Of a stretch of DNA of 64,000 nucleotides, positions 58,110 through 64,000 are shown piece after piece. Source of the stretch: a virus (Duplodnaviria; Caudoviricetes). The stretch is from IMG/VR virus record IMGVR_UViG_3300046318_000374, positions 293-64,292 of that record; one strand, written 5' to 3'. Numbering within the stretch: position 1 is the stretch's first letter; the number at the start of each line of letters is the position of its first letter. Below the pieces are notes generated by a model, which was given only the letters and a program-made list of their open reading frames with translations, was not told the DNA's origin and made no database searches. The position numbers were made by a program, and so were the translations under genes.

Positions 58110-59216
58110 TTAACTTATTTGTGTTACCGTTAATATTACCGATGGTGTTGCAGGTCTTGTTGGAGTTGATTGAGTTCCCTTTGCCTGAATTTGTCCATTT
58201 GCGGTAGTTTTAGAATAATACAATTGAATATAACTACCACTATCTATTGGAATTAGATAATTTAATGCAGCTACCATATATCCACCACCACTTATTTTTT
58301 CAACAGTAAAATCAGTATTTGAATTATCCACATTAGAACCTGTCATAGCAAACCAAATTGAAAAATCACATGCTTCATTTACAGTTGTATGTAGTTGTGC
58401 CGAAAATTGAACGTTGTAAACTCCCGTATGTTTTACATATATTCTACTATTGTTACCCACATAAATCGTTCCGTTTGTTACTGATGTATCCGTTGTATTG
58501 TATTGTAATGGGTATGCCGTATTTGCCGAACCCGATAGAGTTGCTGTATGATAAAACTGCCCTCTATTAAATAATTTATTTCCATAGTAATAAAAACCAC
58601 TTCCACTTGCCACATTTATATTACCAGTTACATTTAATGAACCGGTTATAGTTTGATTACCTTTGAAATCCGAAGAACCTGTATAAAATTGAGAACCAGT
58701 TACGATGAATATTGAATTATGAAAATTAGAACTACCACTCACATCAATACTACCACTCATTTGTGTATTACCAATAATAGTATTAGTTCCTATCATTAAA
58801 GTATTACCAACAATAGTATTACTACCACTTAAAGTATGTACTCCTAAAAATGATGTAGAACCAGTTACATTAACAGAACCAGTAAATATATGTCTATCAT
58901 CCAATGAATCACCTAATATTGTTGAACCAGATGAGAAAAGTATTGATGATGAATATATAGTTACATAATATTCATTTGCCGTAAGTGTATTGAATGATGC
59001 ATTAAGAGTACCACCTGTTAAATCGGAATCTTTTACATATCCTTTTGTATATTTTAATGAACCAGAATCAATTACTGCGTCTAATGTTGTTTGGTCATCA
59101 ATCATAACGGGCTTTGTACCCATATCTCTATGCTCTCTGGCATTGGTGTTTGGCCATAATACTTCATACGCTTGATTTTGATATGATGGTATTGGATTTC
59201 CTTTTTGTTGCCCCAT
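58110..59216 (-). CDS. putative capsid decoration / head fibre protein with C-terminal C1q/BclA-like domain
   Basis: Directly after the MCP; TGS-type beta repeats; GVYNVQFSAQL...PATPSVILTVTQ C-terminus. Confidence 0.6.
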   Translation of the reverse strand: MGQQKGNPIPSYQNQAYEVLWPNTNAREHRDMGTKPVMIDDQTTLDAVIDSGSLKYTKGYVKDSDLTGGTLNASFNTLTANEYYVTIYSSSILFSSGSTILGDSLDDRHIFTGSVNVTGSTSFLGVHTLSGSNTIVGNTLMIGTNTIIGNTQMSGSIDVSGSSNFHNSIFIVTGSQFYTGSSDFKGNQTITGSLNVTGNINVASGSGFYYYGNKLFNRGQFYHTATLSGSANTAYPLQYNTTDTSVTNGTIYVGNNSRIYVKHTGVYNVQFSAQLHTTVNEACDFSIWFAMTGSNVDNSNTDFTVEKISGGGYMVAALNYLIPIDSGSYIQLYYSKTTANGQIQAKGTQSTPTRPATPSVILTVTQIS

Positions 59217-59239
59217 TTTAATTTATTAGTGTGTATAGG

Positions 59240-59247
59240 TATAAATA
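59240..59247 (-). promoter_or_regulatory. putative late promoter TATTTATA
   Basis: About 24 nt upstream of ATG 59216. Confidence 0.65.
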
Positions 59248-59270
59248 TACGAAAAAATATTGAAAACAAT

Positions 59271-59298
59271 AAAAAAGGGAGATGATTTCTCACCTCCC
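59271..59298 (-). terminator. terminator after major capsid gene
   Basis: GGGAGGTGA-GAAA-TCATCTCCC plus U6. Confidence 0.85.
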
Positions 59299-59325
59299 AA
59301 TTTTATTTACACTAAATTATGTTAA

Positions 59326-60954
59326 TTAGATATTTTGTAAATCCTTAACATAAATTTTCCCGTAGTATTCCGGTCTCACCATTTTCTTTGCGTATCTCGT
59401 CATAACGCCACGTCTTGGTGTGAAATTTTGAGGGTCATACACTAATGGTGTCATGATTAAAGGTACATATGGAGCATAAACCGCACCAGTCTCTAAGAAG
59501 TTGTTACCTCTAAATCCTAATAAGATTTCGTTAGAAGTCATATAAGGGTTTTTGTAAACTGTGTAGCGATTAGCCATTGAACCAACTTGAGTTACACCAG
59601 CTGCGAAAGATGAAGCATCTTTGTCAGCAGAAACAACGAATCCAGGAATAGATTCTAAAATTGTACATACGTCTGGAGAAGCTACAATGAAGTTAGCACC
59701 ACCACGTAATGTTAATTGGTGAATCTTGTTAGATACTTTGTTGATTTTAGTTCCTAAAGTCTGGAACCAAGTGTTCTTTTGGTAAGCTAATGAAGAGTTA
59801 CCAGTAGACCATGCACCAACACCTGTTTGGCCATTGTTTAAGTATTCTTCACCGATTGTTGCAGACCAGTATTCAGTAGTCAATGCGTTAGACTTTAACA
59901 TATCTAAGATTTCTAAGTCAATCTCTAATGAGATATAATCAGATAACATAGAAGTTAATTCAGCTTCAGCATCGATTGAGTGATACGCATTTAAGTCTTG
60001 CGCTAATTCAGGAGTCCAAACTGCTTTCAACTTACGAGTCTTGGCAACGATTGCCTCTGATTTCAATTCTAAGTCGATTTCTGGAATATCCAAAGCAGTA
60101 GTTGTGTTACCAGCAGAGTTTGGAGTTGAATCTTCGAAATCACCTCTATCGTAAGCAACTGGTACATCAGAGTAAACGATGTCAGCAGCAGTTCTAGTTA
60201 CACCATTAGATGCAGAGATAAATAAAGTTACGTTAGCACCAGATAGGTAGTTGAACTGACCTAAGTTAGAGTATTGTCCAGTTGCACCATCAACTTGGAA
60301 TGAACGAACTGCTTCAGTATCAGCAGTTGCAGAAATTGCAGATTTAGCTGCAGTTAATTTAATGATACGACCAGCAGCTGCAGAAGCAGATAATGCTGCA
60401 TCGAATCCTAAATCAGCCCAAGAAGCAGAAGCTGCAGTAACAGTTACTGAAGTTGCTTTTTGGTCATTTACTGAATAGCCATAACGTCCTTCACCATAAA
60501 GACCGCCAGTAGCTGCGTTAGTTCTACCAAAGTTAGAAGCAGAACCAGTTACGTTAGTACCACCGAAAAGTGATTGACCAGCGTATTGTCCGTTACTTCC
60601 TTGAGAAGAACCATATTTGAAATCTAAGAAGAATACAAGACCTGAAGGTAAGTTCATAGGTTGTACACTAACGAATTCTTTAGATGCAATCTCACCAAAG
60701 ATACGACGTACCAAAGGTAAAGCTACACCACTCCACTCTTCAGAACCAGAAGAAGTACCAGTTTGAGTTGCCTCATCTAATAATTGCTTTGCTTGGTTCT
60801 CTAACAACACTGCCATTGAGTGTTGGTCTCTTTCTTTCATTCCTTCTAAAAGGCCTGTTTTTTGCCACTTGTTTTTCAATTGACGTGTTTCAGCCAACAT
60901 TACTGCTTGTGGGTTTTTGCCTTCCATTAATTTGGATAAATCAAAATTTGCCAT
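59326..60954 (-). CDS. major capsid protein (T4 gp23-like)
   Basis: LLENQ, PLVRR, VQPMNLPSGLVF, AKTRKLKAVWTPELAQDLNAYH.IDAEAEL, YAPYVPL, PRRGVMTRY. Confidence 0.97.
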   Translation of the reverse strand: MANFDLSKLMEGKNPQAVMLAETRQLKNKWQKTGLLEGMKERDQHSMAVLLENQAKQLLDEATQTGTSSGSEEWSGVALPLVRRIFGEIASKEFVSVQPMNLPSGLVFFLDFKYGSSQGSNGQYAGQSLFGGTNVTGSASNFGRTNAATGGLYGEGRYGYSVNDQKATSVTVTAASASWADLGFDAALSASAAAGRIIKLTAAKSAISATADTEAVRSFQVDGATGQYSNLGQFNYLSGANVTLFISASNGVTRTAADIVYSDVPVAYDRGDFEDSTPNSAGNTTTALDIPEIDLELKSEAIVAKTRKLKAVWTPELAQDLNAYHSIDAEAELTSMLSDYISLEIDLEILDMLKSNALTTEYWSATIGEEYLNNGQTGVGAWSTGNSSLAYQKNTWFQTLGTKINKVSNKIHQLTLRGGANFIVASPDVCTILESIPGFVVSADKDASSFAAGVTQVGSMANRYTVYKNPYMTSNEILLGFRGNNFLETGAVYAPYVPLIMTPLVYDPQNFTPRRGVMTRYAKKMVRPEYYGKIYVKDLQNI

Positions 60955-60980
60955 TGTTTATATTTTTTTTGTTTAGTTTG

Positions 60981-62090
60981 TTATTTTCTAGTGATACCAG
61001 CTAACTCTTGGAATCTTTTAGCTAATTCATTAGTGTTTTCTGAAATAATTTGTTTCTTTGGTGCAGTAGATGCAGATGGCTTAGATGCTAACCCTTCAGT
61101 TATGCTTTTCTTAGCTGCTACTTTTCTTTCAGTACCAGTGAATTTCATTGATTCAGATAATGTTGCGTAAACCAATTTAACTTCTCTTACATTAGAAGTT
61201 CTGTCTAAATTCTCAACAACTTTAACTTTTTGCTCATTAGTTAAGTTATATCCTCTGAACAATTTGTTTGTGTATAATAATTTAGCGTTTAATAAGTTTA
61301 CTTCGTTGATAGTTTTTCTTAATGATTGAATAGTTCTCAATGCTTCTTTCAACTCTGCTTGAACTGCTGCCAATTCTTCTTCGTTTCCAGCATCTTCTCC
61401 TTCACTAACTTCTTCCTCATCATCTCCGTATCCCATTTCGCGTAAGATTTCATCTAAATCAATAGTATCTTCTTCCGCAGGAGCATCTTCACCTTCAGTT
61501 GCGTATTCGCCAGCGTCTTCAGCCGCATCTTCAGCAGAACCTTCGTCCTCACCTTCATATGCTTGCTCAACACCTGTTGGGTCTTCATATCCTAATTCTT
61601 CAGATTCATCTACTCCGATTTCATCTTCTAATTCTCTAATGATAGATTCTAAATCTAATTCATCTTCATCAGCTTCTGGTGCCATTTCTTCACCTTCTGC
61701 TGCGTACTCAGCCTCTTCTTCACCTTCAAATGCAGGTGCTTCTTCGTCTTCGCCTTCCATTAAATCATCTACTTCTTCGTGTCCTTCTAACTCATCACCA
61801 GCTTCTGCTGATTGGTTAGCAATTCCACTTAAGTCAGTGTCAGCATCGTTTGCTTTTGCAGCAGGCTCTGCGTTATCACCTTTACCAATTTCACTAGATA
61901 CATCATTATCTTCGTTCATATCTGCTTCTTCTTCATCACCTTCCATTTCGGCTTGTAATTTTCTAGAAAGAATAGATTGTAAACGAGGAGTAAATGCTTC
62001 TTCTAAAGCGATTTTAGCGTTGGCAATAGCAGTCTCTCTTACAGCTTTAGCGTCAGCGATAGCTTCTTTTAATAATTTTGAACTTGCCAT
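60981..62090 (-). CDS. prohead core scaffolding protein (gp22-like)
   Basis: Highly acidic, immediately upstream of the MCP; LLKEAIADAKAVRETAIANAKIALEE, NEVNLLNAKLLY, RFQELAG. Confidence 0.8.
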   Translation of the reverse strand: MASSKLLKEAIADAKAVRETAIANAKIALEEAFTPRLQSILSRKLQAEMEGDEEEADMNEDNDVSSEIGKGDNAEPAAKANDADTDLSGIANQSAEAGDELEGHEEVDDLMEGEDEEAPAFEGEEEAEYAAEGEEMAPEADEDELDLESIIRELEDEIGVDESEELGYEDPTGVEQAYEGEDEGSAEDAAEDAGEYATEGEDAPAEEDTIDLDEILREMGYGDDEEEVSEGEDAGNEEELAAVQAELKEALRTIQSLRKTINEVNLLNAKLLYTNKLFRGYNLTNEQKVKVVENLDRTSNVREVKLVYATLSESMKFTGTERKVAAKKSITEGLASKPSASTAPKKQIISENTNELAKRFQELAGITRK

Positions 62091-62233
62091 TCTTTTTACT
62101 TTGTTTTTGCTTATTCTGAAGTCATTAGATTTGGGACTTCAATGTAGGTAGTTCGGTTGTTCGGTCACCTCATAATAATGGGTATTCATTAACCAACTTG
62201 TCTTAAACCTATATGGAATAGGTTATTGTTATC

Positions 62234-62241
62234 AATAAGTA
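62234..62241 (-). promoter_or_regulatory. late promoter variant TACTTATT preceding a long structured leader
   Basis: Lies right after a terminator, about 145 nt upstream of the scaffold ATG. Confidence 0.45.
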
Positions 62242-62244
62242 TAT

Positions 62245-62279
62245 AAAAAAAAATTAAACATAAAATTATGTTTAATTTT
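62245..62279 (-). terminator. AT-rich inverted repeat / terminator
   Basis: AAAATTAAACATAA...TTATGTTTAATTTT inverted repeat plus U-run. Confidence 0.55.
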
Positions 62280-62311
62280 CTTTAGTTTTTTCTATATTTT
62301 TAAAAATGGTA

Positions 62312-63370
62312 TTAGTGAACTTTAATACCAGTCTTATTTACATTGTTTGCTAATCCCTTATCAAACAAATATTTAACCTTTTCTTCCCAAGTTGGTTTGT
62401 TAGCATTAACCCACATATTAAAATCAACTTTTTTATTAAATTGATTGATTTGTCTTACTAATGCAGATAATACCAATTCTTTTGAGTTATCAGATGATTT
62501 ATCTTTAATAGTTGATTTTAACCAAGCCTTTGCATCAACATCCGTTACCTTATCAGTTTCATCATCAACTAAACTAAAGAATAACTTTCCTTTGTTATTT
62601 GATAAAATTGATTTGTAAACACCTTCTTTGATTACCGATTCGCTTGCGTAATTCTTTACATACCATTTGAAAGAAGAATTACCCGGTGTTCCAACTAATG
62701 CCTGAATGAAACGAACTCTTTCCGGCAATTTACCTTTGGTAACATCTTTTAATATTGTTTGTGCATCTAAATTATTATCATCAATAAACTTTTGAACTGC
62801 TTCTTTTCTTGTGTTAGTGATTGAAGCAATTCCCATCGCCTCATGTGATATTGCTTCGTTTACCGATTCTTTGATTACCACAATTCCGTTTTCATCATCT
62901 CTCTTTGCAGTTTTGATACCACCTTCGATTGAATCTAATTTATGTCTAACTTTTGATGAACCTTTTACATTACCACTTTTATCGGATGGGACTAATGTTG
63001 CCGAATAATCATCAATAGCAACTACTTTGTAGTATTTACCACCTTCGATTCCTTTTAACATTGTAAATCCTTGTCCTAAAATTACCGAACCTACTTTAAG
63101 GTCAGTTGGGTATTTTACTTCATTTACCGATTCTCTCAAACTTTCTCTATATGTTTGACGGATAATCTCTTTTAGTTGTTTTTCCATATTTTCTTTTTTC
63201 ACGTGGTTGGGTAAACCTTTGTGTTTAGTTGATGCGTAATCTTTTGCGTCTGCATCACTCATAGAATCGGCAGCTTTTTCAACTTCCTTTGATGGATTTT
63301 CTAATTCACCCTTTTGAGTGGCGTGAACCATACCCATAAATCGTTGTTGTGCTTTACTTTGTGCAGGCAT
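62312..63370 (-). CDS. DUF3008-like N-terminus, probable processed head-internal protein
   Basis: MPAQSKAQQRFMGMVHA...AKDYASTKHKGLP; repeated (I/L/V)xE junctions (LRESVNE, IKESVNE, VIKEG). Confidence 0.65.
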   Translation of the reverse strand: MPAQSKAQQRFMGMVHATQKGELENPSKEVEKAADSMSDADAKDYASTKHKGLPNHVKKENMEKQLKEIIRQTYRESLRESVNEVKYPTDLKVGSVILGQGFTMLKGIEGGKYYKVVAIDDYSATLVPSDKSGNVKGSSKVRHKLDSIEGGIKTAKRDDENGIVVIKESVNEAISHEAMGIASITNTRKEAVQKFIDDNNLDAQTILKDVTKGKLPERVRFIQALVGTPGNSSFKWYVKNYASESVIKEGVYKSILSNNKGKLFFSLVDDETDKVTDVDAKAWLKSTIKDKSSDNSKELVLSALVRQINQFNKKVDFNMWVNANKPTWEEKVKYLFDKGLANNVNKTGIKVH

Positions 63371-63394
63371 AATATTATTCGTTTGGTTATATGG

Positions 63395-63402
63395 AATAAA
63401 TA
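63395..63402 (-). promoter_or_regulatory. putative late promoter variant TATTTATT
   Basis: About 25 nt upstream of ATG 63370. Confidence 0.5.
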
Positions 63403-63999
63403 TTATTTTTTAGTAAAAAGATAAAAATAATTTGGGTGCTTGGAGGATTGTAACTTTTGACGTATCCTCTCATCCGAACAATTGAAGTATTCGGCCGCTT
63501 CTTTCATTGAATAGAACATCAAATCATCACAACTGATAGTGTGTACCTTATCTCTTACACTACAATCCTTTAATGTTTCTTCGTGTTCTTCGTATGTCCA
63601 GTCAATTATGGGTTTTTCCAACTTTTTCCAATGCGAATAGTACTCAGCTTTTGATTCTAAGCGATTACGGATTTCAGTTTCACTATATGGTAGGTAAAGT
63701 GCCGCTTGTACAGGAGATTCAAAATAAACCCCATCTATTGAGTACTTTAAGACCGGGTGAGTTTCCTCTCCTACAATCTGCCACCCCTTATATTTGGTTT
63801 TTGGTGATTTACATCGTCTTTCTACCTCACTTGCCACTAATTCGTTGGGATTTAGTGAAATTGCGGCTTCTCTAAATGATTTGAACTGCATTCCATCCAC
63901 TTTACATTGATATGTACCATCCCATTCAATATCTTCGGTTGCTAAATCAGGATTTCCCTTAACAAATACCAAAACATTTTGATGTACGGAGGCAATTTT
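63403..63999 (-). CDS. C-terminal part of a probable DNA methyltransferase fused to three NUMOD1-like HTH repeats; start outside window
   Basis: The frame is open to the window edge: KIASVHQNVLVFVKGNP resembles a phage methylase C-terminal motif, followed by 3 x (V/I/C)D(G/D)..F.S...AA..(L/F) repeats. Confidence 0.55.
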   Translation of the reverse strand, partial: KIASVHQNVLVFVKGNPDLATEDIEWDGTYQCKVDGMQFKSFREAAISLNPNELVASEVERRCKSPKTKYKGWQIVGEETHPVLKYSIDGVYFESPVQAALYLPYSETEIRNRLESKAEYYSHWKKLEKPIIDWTYEEHEETLKDCSVRDKVHTISCDDLMFYSMKEAAEYFNCSDERIRQKLQSSKHPNYFYLFTKK

Positions 64000-64000
64000 A

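Noticed and set aside
1-64000. Stop-codon reassignment
   Set aside because: Conserved genes are full length and densely packed under the standard code, and TAA, TAG and TGA all terminate genes.

Overview
AT-rich segment of a large contractile-tailed (T4-superfamily-like, Far-T4/RM378-style) phage. All real genes are on the minus strand. The host is probably Bacteroidota: there are four TTTG-N20-TAnnTTTG promoters, no obvious Shine-Dalgarno sequences, a Bacteroidetes-style tmRNA 5' end and an A-Q signal peptide. In transcription order (right to left) the window holds a partial methyltransferase-like gene with HTH repeats, a head internal protein, scaffold, major capsid (gp23), neck gp13/14/15, about 31 kb of giant fibre or appendage genes, sheath, tube, a gp26/gp51-like pair with a likely frameshift, tape measure, baseplate genes, tmRNA, an atypical family-A polymerase, a secreted nuclease, a GH19 endolysin, SSB, RecA/UvsX and a 5'-3' exonuclease. 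The most striking feature is a 3236-aa putative virion protein (44866-54576). It carries 16 phycobiliprotein/globin-like repeats, each with an invariant C-x-R-D motif matching the bilin-attachment site of phycocyanin. It also carries exactly 16 detached amphipathic helices arranged in a balanced, nested order. The neighbouring giant fibre has an intact blue-copper (cupredoxin) ligand set and about 1000 residues of proline-poor Gly-X-Y repeat. Other notable signals are a tmRNA with a 26-aa tag, a TATTTATA late-promoter motif (reverse complement of the T4 late promoter) and a Pol A homolog lacking the canonical steric-gate Glu. All family assignments are from motif recognition by eye; no searches were run.
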